Source of the DNA: Nitrospirota bacterium | GTDB taxonomy: Bacteria > Nitrospirota > UBA9217 | NCBI GenBank assembly: GCA_963818475.1 | Contig: CAWFSF010000006.1 | Location: 2,176,001-2,240,000, forward strand | Direction: 5' to 3' | Length of the DNA: 64,000 nt | Shown: positions 21,644 to 33,273 of the stretch, piece by piece | Position numbering within the stretch: the stretch's first letter is position 1 | Layout: each line of letters begins with the position of its first letter | Program-made: the position numbers and the translations under genes | The notes under the pieces: model-generated | What the model saw: only the letters and a program-made list of their open reading frames with translations | Databases searched by the model: none | Told to the model about the DNA's origin: nothing

Positions 21644-24342
21644 TTACTTCGCCATCCCCCGAAGCGTCTCTTCCAGCTCCTTCAGGTGCTTCCCGTACGC
21701 TGCCCAATCTTCCTTCCGGAGCGCTTCACGCGCCTTGCGCAGCTGCTCCAGCGCCCGGGAGCCCAGTTCCTTGGGGTTGATAATGATCGCGGCCGGGCCG
21801 CTTCTCGGTCATCCGCATGCTCGGCAGCGTGCCGCTGAAGAGGCGCTGGATCGAGGCGTCCAGCGTTTCCTCCATGACCACGTCGTTCCCGTAGGCGACA
21901 ATGACCCTGCGGAGCTCCGGCAGGCCTCCCTTGTCCGTGGCAACCAGGTAGAGCGGCTGCACGTAGATGAGCGAGTCCTCCATCGGGATGATCAGGAGGC
22001 TGCCGCGGATCACATCGGAACCGCTCTGTCCCCAGAGCGTGAGCTGCTGCGAGATGTAGGAGTCCTGGTCGATGCGCGCGTCGATCTGGCGCGGCCCGAA
22101 GACCAGCCGGTCCCTGGGGAAGGTAAAGACCGTGACCTTGCCGTAGTTCTCGCCGTCGCACCGCGCCGCCATCCAGGCAGCCAGGTTGTCCCGCTTTGAC
22201 GGGGTAAAGGGCAGAAGCAGGATGAACTCCTCCGCCTTGTCGCCCGGAAGCCTGGTGATGAGGTAATAGGGCTCCATGGTCTTTTCGCGGTACGACGGGA
22301 TCTCCCAGAGGTCTTCTTTATTGTAGAACACCGCCGGATCGGTCATATGGAAGGTCGTGAACATCCGCGCCTGGATCTGGAGCAGGGCGCGCGGATAGCG
22401 GATGTGCTTCCGGAGATCGGCGGGCATTTCCGTCAGCGGCTTGAACACGTTCGGGAAGACCGCTGCATAGGCCCGGGCCAGGACGTCCTGCTGGTCGACC
22501 ACATAGAACACGACGCTGCCGTCATAGGCATCGACGACCACCTTGACCGAGTTGCGGATATAGTTGGCCCCGCCGGCAAGCGGTTTTGAATAGGGAAGGC
22601 TGCTGCTCTGCGTGTAGGCGTCGATGATCCAGGACAGTCTGCCGTCGTCTCCCACGACCATGTAGGGATCGGGATCGTAGGACAGGAACGGCGCGATCCT
22701 GGCCACGCGGTCCAGGATGGTGCGGTTATAGATGATGCGGCTGTCGTCGGTCACATCGCTGGACAGGAAGATCTTGAGGTTCCCGAAGTAGGAGGCATAA
22801 AGAAGCCGCTTCAGGAAGGACGTAAGCCTCACTCCCCCGCTTCCCGAGTAAACGGTATAGACGTTCTCCTTGGTCGTGGGATAGCTGAACTCCCTGGTCT
22901 TCGTGTTCACGATCACGTAGTCATTGGGGCTTTCGCCGTAGTAGATCTCGGGACGGGTCACCTTCGGCCCTGCGCTCGAGACCGGCGGGATGTCCTTGAT
23001 AAAGAACTCCGGCAGGCCTTCCCGGGTGATGCCGCTCACGGGCCCCATGGCATAGGCCGAAACCGTGGGTGAACACGAGCCGCTCGTTGATCCACGATTT
23101 GTTCGGCAGGTCCGCGTAGGACAGCTCCCGCGGGGACAGCATTGTCTGCAGATATTTGCCGTTCACGGTATAGCGGTCGTTGTCCACGTCGCTGAAGTGG
23201 TAGTAGGTCCTGATCTGCTGCAGCTGGCTGTAGGTCTTGAGCAGCGGGTCCTCGTCCCAGAGCCTGATGTTCTGGATCGTGGACAGGTTCTTCCTGATGT
23301 CCGTGAAAGCCAGCTGCTTGTCCGCGGCAAAGGGCTGCAGTTCCATATGCTCCAGGCCATAGCCGTAGCGGGTGAATTTGATATGGTCCGCGATGTAAGG
23401 CAGCTCGAGCACGCTCTCGTTCGGCGAGACCTGGAAGCTCTGGACCGTCTGGGGATAGACCTTGAGCCCCAGGAAATAGACGCCGCTAAGCACGGCAAGC
23501 GCGATGAGCGGCAGAACAAAGGACCGCTTCGCCGCAACGAACGGCAGCAGGATCGCCGTGGCAAGGCTAAGCACGGCCATGACGGTCAGCATCAAAAGCC
23601 GCACATGCACATCGGTGTACGAGGCGCCGTAGAGCACGCCGTGTTCCGTGGTCATGAGGCCGTAGCGGTCGAGCGCAAAGCTGAAGGACAGGCTGATCAG
23701 GAACAGCGATATCAGGATTGCCAGATGGCGTTTCACCGCCGGGTCCACGGAAAGGAATTTGCCCAGCCACACGACGCCGCCGCGAGAAATATAAAGCACG
23801 ACGACGAGAAGGGCGGCAAACACCAGCATGCTGCGCACCATGGTGTTCAGCATGTTTACAAAGGGAAAGGAGAACAGATAGAACGAGATGTCCTTGTTAA
23901 AGAGCGGGTCGGCAAGGCCTGCAGGCACGCTGTTCAGAAACAGGAGCGCCTGTTCCCAGTACTGCATCCCCACGGTGAACGAGAGCAGGAACATAAAGCC
24001 GGACACGCCAAAAGCGAGCCACCCCATCATCCGGTCCAGGTCGAGGTGCTGCAACTGCGGCACACTCTGCCAGAGCGGGTTCACGCCGCGGAGCGGAAAG
24101 GATTGGCGCCGCGCCACCGTGAGGTTGATGAGGAAGACGACAAACGCGACCGCGCCGAACAGCAGGCCGGTCAGCAGCTTCGCCTGAAAGGTCTTGCTGA
24201 AGACCGCAGCGTAGCCGACCTCCTGGAAGAACAGCCAGTCGGCGATAAAGGTGATGATCTGGCGCGATGTGACCAGGAGAATGAACCCCACGATAGCGGC
24301 AATGATAAGCCCCCGGTTCCCCTGTCTTTTTTTACTCTGCAT
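21644..24342 (-). CDS. UPF0182 family membrane protein (two frameshifts)
   Basis: DPLFNKDISFY, NIRLWD, QQIRTYY, THGFG, NYIRNSVK, FYNKEDLW, YVQPLY. Confidence 0.9.
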
Positions 24343-24681
24343 AGTATCTCCTTCGTGAGATCGTTAAGAATGAGATCGTACCAACGTCAGACATCGGTAC
24401 AGGAATGACGTAATAGGGTTACTGTAGCGGAATTTTACGCAGGTGGCAAGGAAAAGCGAGACGGAAAAACATAAATCATTTGGACACGGAAGAAGCGGAT
24501 GAACTGCGGATAAAGGCGGATAAATCGACATCATCCTCTCCCCTTGCGGGAGAGGACTGAGGTGAGGTGGCCAGGTTTACAACAAATTCAATTTAACCGC
24601 AGAGACGCGGAGGCGCAGAGGAAATCCTCATTATTTTATTGTCTTTCTCGGCGTCTCCGCGTCTCGGCGGTGGATTATGTT

Positions 24682-25578
24682 CTATCCCAGCTTCTGCCGG
24701 ATGAACTGCCCGATCTTCTCGATGGCCTCTTTTCCCTCCGCCAGCCGGTAAGCAAAGGCGTGGAACACATGCCACAAACCCTCCCAGACCTCCAGCGTCA
24801 CCTCGACACCGGCAGCCTTCGCCCGCTCCGCCACACGCTTCGAATCGTCCAGCATGATCTCGTCGCTGCCCACGTGGATCAGGAGCGGCGGCAGGCCCTG
24901 CATGTCGGCATAGAGCGGCGAGATGAGCGGATGGCGCAGGTCTTTTCCGCCTGCATAGAGCGCGGCATGAAATCGGTTCATCTCATCGGTGAGCCAGGGG
25001 TCGGCCTCGGCGCGGGTGACAACCGACTCCCCGGTGCCTGCAAGGTCGGTCCAGGGCGAGATCAGCACGCCGCCTGCCGGGAGCGGAACATGAGCATCGC
25101 GCAAAGAGACCAGCGTGGACAGGGCAAGGCCGCCGCCTGCGGAAAAACCGACGAGAATGATGCGGCTGTGCGAAATGCCCTGGTCAAGCAGCCAGCGATA
25201 GGCAGTGATCGTATCCTCAAGCGCGGCAGGGAATGGATCTTCCGGCGCCAGGCGGTAGTCGATGACCAGCACGCGGCAACCCGAGGCAGCCGAGAGAAAT
25301 GATGCGATCACATGGGTCGCTTTGCTCGATCCCATGGTATAGCCGCCGCCATGGAGGCAAAGGATGACCCTATCCGCAGCCGCACCAGGAGCGCTGACCC
25401 ATTCGCCCGGCACGTCGCCTGCGATGACCGGCTCAACCGTAGTATCAGGCTGCAGCGGCACCCAGCTCGAAAGCCCTTCGAGATTGGCCCGTGCTTCCTT
25501 AATGGAGGTCGGCAAGGGGGCGCTTTTTAGGTTTTGCTTCAACCAGCGCCTGATGCGATCTTTTTCCCGATTTGCCAC
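24682..25578 (-). CDS. HSL-family alpha/beta hydrolase (esterase)
   Basis: HGGGY, DYRLAPE, GFSAGG, SPW, WHVF. Confidence 0.9.
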   Translation of the reverse strand: MANREKDRIRRWLKQNLKSAPLPTSIKEARANLEGLSSWVPLQPDTTVEPVIAGDVPGEWVSAPGAAADRVILCLHGGGYTMGSSKATHVIASFLSAASGCRVLVIDYRLAPEDPFPAALEDTITAYRWLLDQGISHSRIILVGFSAGGGLALSTLVSLRDAHVPLPAGGVLISPWTDLAGTGESVVTRAEADPWLTDEMNRFHAALYAGGKDLRHPLISPLYADMQGLPPLLIHVGSDEIMLDDSKRVAERAKAAGVEVTLEVWEGLWHVFHAFAYRLAEGKEAIEKIGQFIRQKLG

Positions 25579-25651
25579 GGCTTAGAGCCTCTCCTTTTGA
25601 CAATCAAGCACGATGCTCATTACCCTTCTTTAAACTACCCCTTCACCCCAT

Positions 25652-26395
25652 TCACGCCTGGCCCGGATCGCACGACATGAAACCGGCCCCGATCTGTTCG
25701 AAGATGAAAAACTTGATCAGGGCGCTGTCCTCCAGCGAAATATTCACGAACTTCAACCCCATGCCCGGTTCGGAAAAGGGGCCTTCCTCGAAGGAGACGA
25801 TATAAAGCACTTCAGCCTCGAGGCTTACGACCCTGTCTCCAAAGAAAACGTCTATCGCGACGCGCGTTTTCACCGGCTTGGGCTCCAGTGTCCGGAAGAA
25901 CATGCCGTACTTTGACAGCACGGTCACAAATCCCTGAATAGCGCCATCCCCGGTCCCATCCCGCAGTTCCGCCGGAAGGGCGGTGGCAATCCTGATGTTT
26001 TCGCGCGTGCCCCGCTCGATCGCCTTCTGAACGATCGTGAAAACCTCGTCAGCATTGACAGGTGTACGAAGCAGTCCGGCGAACTCACCCTGCCGCAGGC
26101 GTTCATCGAGACCACGATCGGGTCCGGATACGACCATGACGAGCGGCACATCCCTGAACCGTGCGTCCGCCTTCAGCCGGGCAGTCAGGTCTGCCCCGAC
26201 CCCCCCTGCTTCCGCAAAAACCGCTACAGCCGGCGCCACACACAGGAACTCGACCCCTTCACTGGCACTGCTCGTGCTTGCAACCGTGTAGCCGAAACGC
26301 TGCAAGAGCATGCTCAGGGTGAAGCGCTCGTTCCAGTCAGCGTCCACAACCAGGATGTACCGCGTCTGTCCGCCTGCCAGGTCTGGTTTGTTCAT
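25652..26395 (-). CDS. Degenerate receiver domain + PilZ domain protein
   Basis: ILVVD N-terminus; RENIR and PGMGLKF PilZ-type motifs; start MNKPDL. Confidence 0.8.
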   Translation of the reverse strand: MNKPDLAGGQTRYILVVDADWNERFTLSMLLQRFGYTVASTSSASEGVEFLCVAPAVAVFAEAGGVGADLTARLKADARFRDVPLVMVVSGPDRGLDERLRQGEFAGLLRTPVNADEVFTIVQKAIERGTRENIRIATALPAELRDGTGDGAIQGFVTVLSKYGMFFRTLEPKPVKTRVAIDVFFGDRVVSLEAEVLYIVSFEEGPFSEPGMGLKFVNISLEDSALIKFFIFEQIGAGFMSCDPGQA

Positions 26396-26493
26396 AATAA
26401 CTCTCCTTATTCGGTATCGCCTCCGCACCGGAGCTCGCAGCATAAAAAATACATGGACCATTGTCGCATTACAAGAGGCGTGAAAAGGTTCGC

Positions 26494-27299
26494 TTACGCT
26501 GAAACCATTGCGATCACCGCTTTGACAAACTCCTCCGGCTTTTCCACCTGCGGCATATGACCTGCGCCGTCGATCGTGATGAGCCTGGCCCCGGGTATCC
26601 ACTTTTGAAGCGCATCTGCCTGCTTCAAGGTCGCCAGGCCGTCCTCTGCGCCCCACACCAGCAGCGTTGGAGACTGTCGACTTCGACAGCGGTGAATTAT
26701 GGTTCATGATCGTATCGAACGAGATCCTGGAATAGGCCATGGTGTTCTGCTCGATCTTTTCGAGAAAGCCGGCAGGCAGTTTGGCAGGGTTTGCAAAGGA
26801 CCGTTTCAGGGTCTTTCTGGAAAAAGTAAGATTGCGAATAAGTGCACGAAATCCCTGATTCACCCCGGGCAGCGAAATAAGCTTTTTCATGAAATCCGGG
26901 AATGATCGGCATGTATCCTCCGTCCACGAGCACAAGCTTTGAGACCATCTGCGGATGGTCATTCTCGAACTTGATGGCAACGCCTGCGCCAAACGAATTT
27001 CCAACAACCGTAGCGCGGTTGAGATGCAGCGCGTCAAGAAGTTCCTTGAGCATCGTTGCCATGCCTGACAGCGTGGGCGTGGATAGTTTCTCCGACTGGC
27101 CGAACCCCGGGAGGTCGGGAGCAATGACCGTGTACGACTGCGCGAGCTGGTCCCATACCCTGTTCCAGGACATTTCAGCATCTCCCCATGCCGCATGGAG
27201 CAAGAGCAGAGCCGGACCTGAACCGCCTTTCCAGAAGTGCACCTTCCGTCCCGTAAGCGTGAGAGACTGCTCTTGCACGATTGATGATCGCTCGCTCAT
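26494..27299 (-). CDS. alpha/beta fold hydrolase (two frameshifts)
   Basis: PDLPGFG, GNSFG; C-terminal LVWGAED...GAGHMPQVEKP in another frame. Confidence 0.8.
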
Positions 27300-27452
27300 A
27301 AGGACCTCCCCTTAAGAGAATCTTTGACACGGATAACGGCGGATTAAATTATGAAAAAGCAGGATAATGCCTGGCCGTATCCGCCCTTATCATAGCTTTT
27401 ATCCGCTTCTTCCGTGTCAAAGGTTTACGCCTTGGTTGTCGCCATAGACACC

Positions 27453-27897
27453 CTATGATCTGCCACGAACAGACGCCCGCATCCTCAGATAGCGCCACAT
27501 GAACAGGAGCACAAAGGATATGGGCCAGAGCAGCAGAAAGGGCCAGTGGACCGCAGAACCATGCTGGGCCGAAATGATGAGCACGACAGCGCTCGTAGTA
27601 TAGTAAAGAAAAACGCCGGGCATGAACACCCACATATTCCTCCACCACGCCGTCAGGAAAAGAACTAGCCAGCGGGACGCCGAACAAGGGCGGGTCCATG
27701 CTCCCCTGCAGCACATAGATCATGGAGACGCAGAGAAGCGGCCAGACGACGGCCAGCAGCGAGCTGCGCCAGTCCCGGTGCTGCCGGTGGTCCCGGACGA
27801 TCATGAAGATCTGGAAGATCGGGAACCAGGGACCTGAAAAGAACACCTTTGCGCCAACCAACCACCAATACGTTCCAACCATTATACCCCCAGACAA
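27453..27897 (-). CDS. Small hydrophobic membrane protein (probably frameshifted)
   Basis: Overlapping hydrophobic ORFs; no recognisable family. Confidence 0.35.
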
Positions 27898-28043
27898 TCA
27901 AAACCATTTTTGCCACGAAGGCACGAAGACACTAAGAGAACATTAGACTAAATGTTTAATAAAAACCAGAATCATGATCCGGCATTTTTTCGGCCTTCGT
28001 GCCTTCGTGGCAAAGCCATTGTTTTCATTTTGCTTCTAAAAAC

Positions 28044-28075
28044 AAAAAGGGCTGAGAAGAACTCTCAACCCTTTT
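28044..28075 (-). terminator. Intrinsic terminator
   Basis: AAAAAGGGCTGAGA-AGAAC-TCTCAACCCTTTT after hemerythrin. Confidence 0.75.
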
Positions 28076-28095
28076 AAAGACCATCCCCGGTTTTC

Positions 28096-28503
28096 CTACA
28101 TTTTCAGTTTCAAGTACATGCCCAGCGCCCGGTCAGAGTACTTGATATGATTGACCAGCCAGTCAACGCACAAGTCCTTGATCTCCTGAGCGAGGAGGGC
28201 ATTAATGCCTTCCATCATGAGCCTGTCCTTGAGCTTCATGAATGTTCTCACGAACTGTTCGTGCTGGGCCTTATGCGCCGTGGCGCTCGAGTAATTGTAT
28301 TTCGCCATATACTTCTCTTCGTTCCCGAAATGAAACACCACATAGTCGGTCAGATACTGGACGATCTTTGACACCTCTTCCCGGGCAGTGGTTCCCTTGT
28401 CAACGGCAAGAAGCAGGCTGTTCACGCGAACGAACAGTTCCTTGTGCTGGGTGTCGATCTCCGACGATCCCGATGCTAGATTTTCACTCCAGTCCAAAGC
28501 CAT
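28096..28503 (-). CDS. Bacteriohemerythrin
   Basis: IDTQHKEL, HFGNEE, HKAQH, WLVNHI..SD. Confidence 0.95.
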   Translation of the reverse strand: MALDWSENLASGSSEIDTQHKELFVRVNSLLLAVDKGTTAREEVSKIVQYLTDYVVFHFGNEEKYMAKYNYSSATAHKAQHEQFVRTFMKLKDRLMMEGINALLAQEIKDLCVDWLVNHIKYSDRALGMYLKLKM

Positions 28504-28677
28504 ATCAACGATACTCCTTATTCGTGTATTTTAAATTCGTCCATACTATACCATATTTATCGATAACGGTTCAAATCCGTTTTTCCGGAAAAGCGACTTG
28601 GTGACAGGCCTGGACCTCTACCATGGCATCGGCTTCCCGGCACTTATCCTCGCACGCTGACTCCGTGATTTTTCACC

Positions 28678-29664
28678 TTACTTCTCCCTCTTGCTGTTGG
28701 CAAAATCGGGATAGAGCCGGGTTACACAGTCGGGGCAGAGGCCGTGGGTAAACTCTGCGTCAGTATGCTCGCAGAGATAGGATTCAATGGTGTTCCAGTA
28801 ACCATTATCATCACGGATCTTTTTGCAGCCGGCGCAGATCGGCAGCAGCCCCTGCAGGGTCTTGACGTCATCAAGGGCCTTCCGCAGGTCCACGATCAGT
28901 TTCTCCCGTTCAATGGTCGCCTGCTTCCGCTCAGAGATATCGATGCAATACTCGATCACCTGCACGAGCTTTCCCCGGTCGTCAAAGATGGGGAAGCAAT
29001 GGACCTCCATGTCACGGCATTTGCCGTCACCGACACAATGCGTATGCTCCACGGTCGCGGGCTGGCCCGTTTCCTTCACCTTTTCAAAGGGGCAGGGATG
29101 AGCGCTGCCGTTGCACGGCGCATCGCAGTGATGAGAGAGCTCATGACAGGTCATATTCTTCGGCAATTTGCCCGGATAGGCTGCGTAGTTCGCCAGCTTG
29201 AGCTGATAGGTCTCGGCGTCAATGACCGTGAAGGAGTGCGGCAGCGCATCGATCACCGCGGTCAGGAAGGCATTCTGTTTCCGGATCTTGTCCTCGGCAG
29301 CCTTAAGGTCTGTAATATCCTTGATGATCAGCACCACGCCGACACATTCGCCTTTTTCATAAAAGGGCGAGATCGAGATCTGCGTCTGGCGCACCTCTCC
29401 CGACTTGGTCCTCGTCTCCGCATCCTTGTGCAGGATCGGCGTCTGCTCCCGCATGACTTGTTTCAGCGGACACTTGCCGTTGCAGAGCTCGGATTGCTCG
29501 CAGAAGATATCCTGGCAGACCTGCCCCACGGATTCCTGCGGGGAGAAGCCGGTCAACCCTTCCGCTGCTGTGTTCGCGTAGAGGATGTCCATGTCCCGGT
29601 CAACAACATATACCGATTCGCTCATGCTGTTCAGGATCGCTTCATGGAGATTGATGAATTTCAT
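28678..29664 (-). CDS. PAS-PAS sensor with C-terminal Cys-rich domain
   Basis: Two Cys-containing PAS domains; LPICAGCKKIRDD...THGLCPDC tail. Confidence 0.85.
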   Translation of the reverse strand: MKFINLHEAILNSMSESVYVVDRDMDILYANTAAEGLTGFSPQESVGQVCQDIFCEQSELCNGKCPLKQVMREQTPILHKDAETRTKSGEVRQTQISISPFYEKGECVGVVLIIKDITDLKAAEDKIRKQNAFLTAVIDALPHSFTVIDAETYQLKLANYAAYPGKLPKNMTCHELSHHCDAPCNGSAHPCPFEKVKETGQPATVEHTHCVGDGKCRDMEVHCFPIFDDRGKLVQVIEYCIDISERKQATIEREKLIVDLRKALDDVKTLQGLLPICAGCKKIRDDNGYWNTIESYLCEHTDAEFTHGLCPDCVTRLYPDFANSKREK

Positions 29665-29830
29665 CTGACTGTACCTGTGCCGGAATGTAAACCCTTTTGC
29701 GGGAATTGCGGCCCTTCCTGTTGAACTAAAGTATTATACAACTCCAGGTGGCGGTTCCGCATCATCTTTTTTCAGGGTACTACTGCGTTGAGACGCCGTT
29801 TGATTTCGGCTTAGGGTCCGGCTTGTCCGG

Positions 29831-30382
29831 CTAGAAAGTTTTCCTGAGGATCGCCGACCTGCTGATCCTGACCAGGGGAGCTTCTTCGACCGTGAATCCG
29901 GCTGCACGGGCGTGGGTGATGATCCTTTGAAATTCCGGGGCAGTAACATGGATGCGCGGCTCGACCAGAAGCACGCTCCCTGACGGATTCAACACCGAGA
30001 AAACCTGGCCCAGGAACTTCCGTACATCAGCCACCTCATGTGCCATCCAGAAGGCGAGGGCGAAATCCACCGGGCCGGTCACGTGAATATCGTCCTGGGC
30101 CGCCCGCTGGAGCCGGATGCGTCCGGCAAGCCCGGCACGCTCGGCGCGTTTGTGGAGCGCATCAAGCATTTCCTGCTGCAAATCGACGCAGATGACCTTC
30201 CCCTGATCCCCCACCAGCTTTGCCATGGCCAGGGAAAAGAAACCCATGCCGCTGCCGAGGTCAATCGCGGTCATTCCTTCGCGGACATGGGGAGCGAGTA
30301 TTTTTTCAGGTTCATGCATGATGCGGCGGAACGGGCTAGCAAGCGCATAGCCCAGCCACCAGGGGCACGTATGATGGTTCAT
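29831..30382 (-). CDS. Class I SAM-dependent methyltransferase
   Basis: IDLGSGMG motif; HTCPWWLGY N-terminus. Confidence 0.9.
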   Translation of the reverse strand: MNHHTCPWWLGYALASPFRRIMHEPEKILAPHVREGMTAIDLGSGMGFFSLAMAKLVGDQGKVICVDLQQEMLDALHKRAERAGLAGRIRLQRAAQDDIHVTGPVDFALAFWMAHEVADVRKFLGQVFSVLNPSGSVLLVEPRIHVTAPEFQRIITHARAAGFTVEEAPLVRISRSAILRKTF

Positions 30383-30611
30383 CTTTTTTCCGTCCTTTTT
30401 ACTCTAAAAACAGCATTTGGGACACGGAAGCGGCGGATATTAACACCGGATAAAATCGGATAAACCTCAAGGTCACACATTCACCAATGGGGTTGAACCA
30501 CTTGTCAAACAAAGGATCCGCCGTTATCCGACTCTTATCCGATGTTATCCGTGTCAAAGGTTTTTTGGTTTACCTGTCCCTGTCCTCTGTCCTCTACCTT
30601 ATAAACCTGCC

Positions 30612-31088
30612 CTACTCTACCACCCAGACAGCGCAGTTTTTTGCTTCGTGGACAAGCCGGTTCGAGGTGCTGCCGAAGAGGAACTCCTCGGTCTTGGTTT
30701 TGTGGTGGCGGCCCACGACAACCGTGCAGCACGTAAGATCGCAGCGGATCGCAAGGATGGCGTCAGACAGCGACTTTGCATCTCCCACGCAGGTGTGAAA
30801 GCGCACCTTGTCCTCGGGAAATCCGGATTGGATCAGGATCGTCCGGTAATGCTCCAGCAGTTTATTTGCTTTGGCGATCTTTTCCTCGACCCACGCCTTC
30901 AGTTCCGTCTCGGTCTCGTAAAAATCCTGTTCCGGTTCGGGTATGATGCTCAGGAGCGTGACCGTGAAACCGGGGAACCCTCCGAGAAAATCAGCCACGT
31001 ACAGCACGGCACGGCGCGAGCTGTCCGACTCGTCCACCGCAACAAGGAGATGTTTGTCTTTTATGGGACTCTCAGGCTGGGTGTCCAT
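30612..31088 (-). CDS. Universal stress protein
   Basis: LLVAVDESDSS, VVVGR, FLFGSTS, VWVVE. Confidence 0.9.
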   Translation of the reverse strand: MDTQPESPIKDKHLLVAVDESDSSRRAVLYVADFLGGFPGFTVTLLSIIPEPEQDFYETETELKAWVEEKIAKANKLLEHYRTILIQSGFPEDKVRFHTCVGDAKSLSDAILAIRCDLTCCTVVVGRHHKTKTEEFLFGSTSNRLVHEAKNCAVWVVE

Positions 31089-31277
31089 ACAAGGCTCCTT
31101 TCATTTTACAACAGTTCAAAATAGAACAAACTTTCGCGCAGAGACGCTGAGGCGCAGAGAAAGATCTAAATCTTTTTTAATTTTTTTTCTCTGCGGCACT
31201 GCGGCTCTGCGCGAGACGCCTTGCCTTTTTGTTCCGCATTTCGAATTCCGCATTCCGAACTCCAGACTCCGAACGAA

Positions 31278-32261
31278 TCACTCCTCATTGATCTGCCCTC
31301 CCGCTTCCCCCAGATCGTCGAGCAGTTCCTGCGTCTCCTCATAGTACACCGGCGCGCTGACGGCAAAGTGCATCAGCACACGGTTCAGCTTTTCAGGGAT
31401 ATAGGGGTAGATCTTCTTGAGGTTGTTCACCCGGTTGTGGAAAACGATGTTCACATCGTCCCCGGTCAGACGGTCGAAGGCTTCCGGATTCTCGCGCGCG
31501 AGCCGGTAGGTCGTGATATCGCCCCGTCCGGTGAGGAACAGGAGTACGTTCCCGAGGCCGAAGAGGTCGTAGCCGAACCTGCTCTCGCCGTGGCGGTAGT
31601 TGAAATCAAAGTCGATCCAGCGGTAGTGCCCGGTCGCATCGTCCCTGATGATGTGGTCTCGCCGGATGTCGCCGTGCTTCTCATGGTGATCATGCAGAAA
31701 ACGGATCGCCTCGACGAGTTCCACGAACTCGTGGAGCAGCGCGGGAAAGTGGTTATGGAAATAGTCCTCGTGCCCCGAGCCCAACTCCAGCGCCACCTGG
31801 CCCAGGGTCTTGCCCCTGATATAGTCCAGGATGCGCAGCTGATTGCCGGCCGTATCGAGCACGGTCTTGCCCTGCATGAACGCCGGCTTTCCGCTCACCA
31901 GTTCGAGGATTCGCGCCTCTTTCTGCGGGCTGCGCACGCAGTCGAACACGAGGTTGCCGATCCTGGCCTCGAAACGCTCCCGGAAGACCCATTTCAGGAT
32001 CTTGACGTCGCCCGTCAGGAGGTTCCGGGCCCGCTTGACCCAGAACTTCTGCTCATCATCGATCCCGAACCTGCCTTCGCGCTCGTTGTTCCTGACGAAA
32101 TAGGGAACGCTGTCGAGCACGACCACGTCATCGTAGTCCACACGGAAGAAATCCGACGTGTCCTTCACCTTGACACGTTTGGGCACGCGCTCGCGAGGTA
32201 TCCATTTGCGGATCATGCGGATGAGTTCTTTTTCTGAATAGCCGCTTGTTTCTGCCATCAT
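31278..32261 (-). CDS. Ser/Thr protein kinase-like protein
   Basis: KILK, HGDIRRDH, WIDFD, YDLFGLG. Confidence 0.8.
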   Translation of the reverse strand: MMAETSGYSEKELIRMIRKWIPRERVPKRVKVKDTSDFFRVDYDDVVVLDSVPYFVRNNEREGRFGIDDEQKFWVKRARNLLTGDVKILKWVFRERFEARIGNLVFDCVRSPQKEARILELVSGKPAFMQGKTVLDTAGNQLRILDYIRGKTLGQVALELGSGHEDYFHNHFPALLHEFVELVEAIRFLHDHHEKHGDIRRDHIIRDDATGHYRWIDFDFNYRHGESRFGYDLFGLGNVLLFLTGRGDITTYRLARENPEAFDRLTGDDVNIVFHNRVNNLKKIYPYIPEKLNRVLMHFAVSAPVYYEETQELLDDLGEAGGQINEE

Positions 32262-32371
32262 AATTCTCCGATATGAAAACATTATACCATTTTCGTACCT
32301 TATGAGAAGAGGGCGCGATTGGGAGCTTTTTATGCGGAGAAAGGTTTTGACAAAGGATGGAAAACGATATT

Positions 32372-32965
32372 TCACACAGAACGGAGAGTCTTCCGGAATA
32401 CGTCAAGGGACTGCGCGCCGACAATGGACCTTTTTTCATTGATGAAGAACGTGGGCACGCCGGTCACGCCCAGACGTGCGGCATCTTCCTTCGTCTTTTC
32501 GAGCATCGGCAGATACTTCCCGCTTTTAACAGCTGCTACAAGTGCGTCTGCGTCTATCCCGATATCGGTTGCGATCTGCCTGAGGACATCGAGGTCGCCG
32601 ATATCGAGGCCATGAGAAAAATAGGCTGCGAACACTGCTTCGTGAAACGCCTGGAATTTGCCCTGTTCCCTGGCGAATTCCGCTGCCAGGAGGGCCGGGC
32701 GGGAGTTGGAAAGGATGGGGCGGTCCACGAAGGTGATCCCGAAGGGCGCGCCCATGGTGCGAAGGTGCTCCATCATGCGCTTGATGTCCTCGGCCCGGAA
32801 CCTCGCTGTCATGAGCGTCCCTTCCGGCGGTGTCTCAGGATGGATTTCCATGCCTTGCCATTCGACCTCGAGGTCGAATTCCTGTTTCAACTTTTCGACG
32901 ATGCCCTCGCCGATGTAGCAGAAGGGTCAGATGTAATCGGAAAAGACCTGCATGCGGATGGACAT
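32372..32965 (-). CDS. DsbA/FrnE-family oxidoreductase, selenoprotein (UxxC)
   Basis: MSIRMQVFSDYI-TGA-PFCYIG in frame with the 32372..32890 ORF (GVPTF); SECIS-like hairpin follows the TGA. Confidence 0.88.
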
Positions 32966-32994
32966 GGGAACGACCTCGTTTTCAAAAAAATTTC

Positions 32995-33273
32995 GTAACT
33001 ATTCAGCATAAATGAAATACTCTTCTCCCGCAGAGGCGCAGAGACGCTGAGAAAATCATTCTTCAAGGCCATTGACATACCGGATAATTCCGGATTTCAT
33101 CAAGGCCTCGCCGAAATTCAACAAGTAGTCAAGCTTGCATGCTCTTAGAGTCGCAAGTACGTCTGAACTTGCTTCTTGTGCGACGCCGTCTCGTTTTCTG
33201 TCATTCTCTGCGCCTCCGCGTCTCTGCGCGAGTTCAGCCCTCTATTCCAACTGTGAATATGCTGAATAGTTAC
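32995..33273. mobile_element. MITE with 16-bp TIRs and 8-bp TSD
   Basis: GTAACTATTCAGCATA / TATGCTGAATAGTTAC; AAAATTTC at 32987-94 and 33274-81. Confidence 0.9.
33056..33204 (-). pseudogene. Internally deleted GxxExxY protein gene
   Basis: MTENET fused to HKKQVQTYLRL, then in another frame KLDYLLNFGEALMKSGIIRYVNGLEE. Confidence 0.8.

Noticed and set aside
25652-27196. 514-aa ORF
   Set aside because: Chance read-through joining a shifted frame of the hydrolase, the intergenic region and the REC-PilZ gene.
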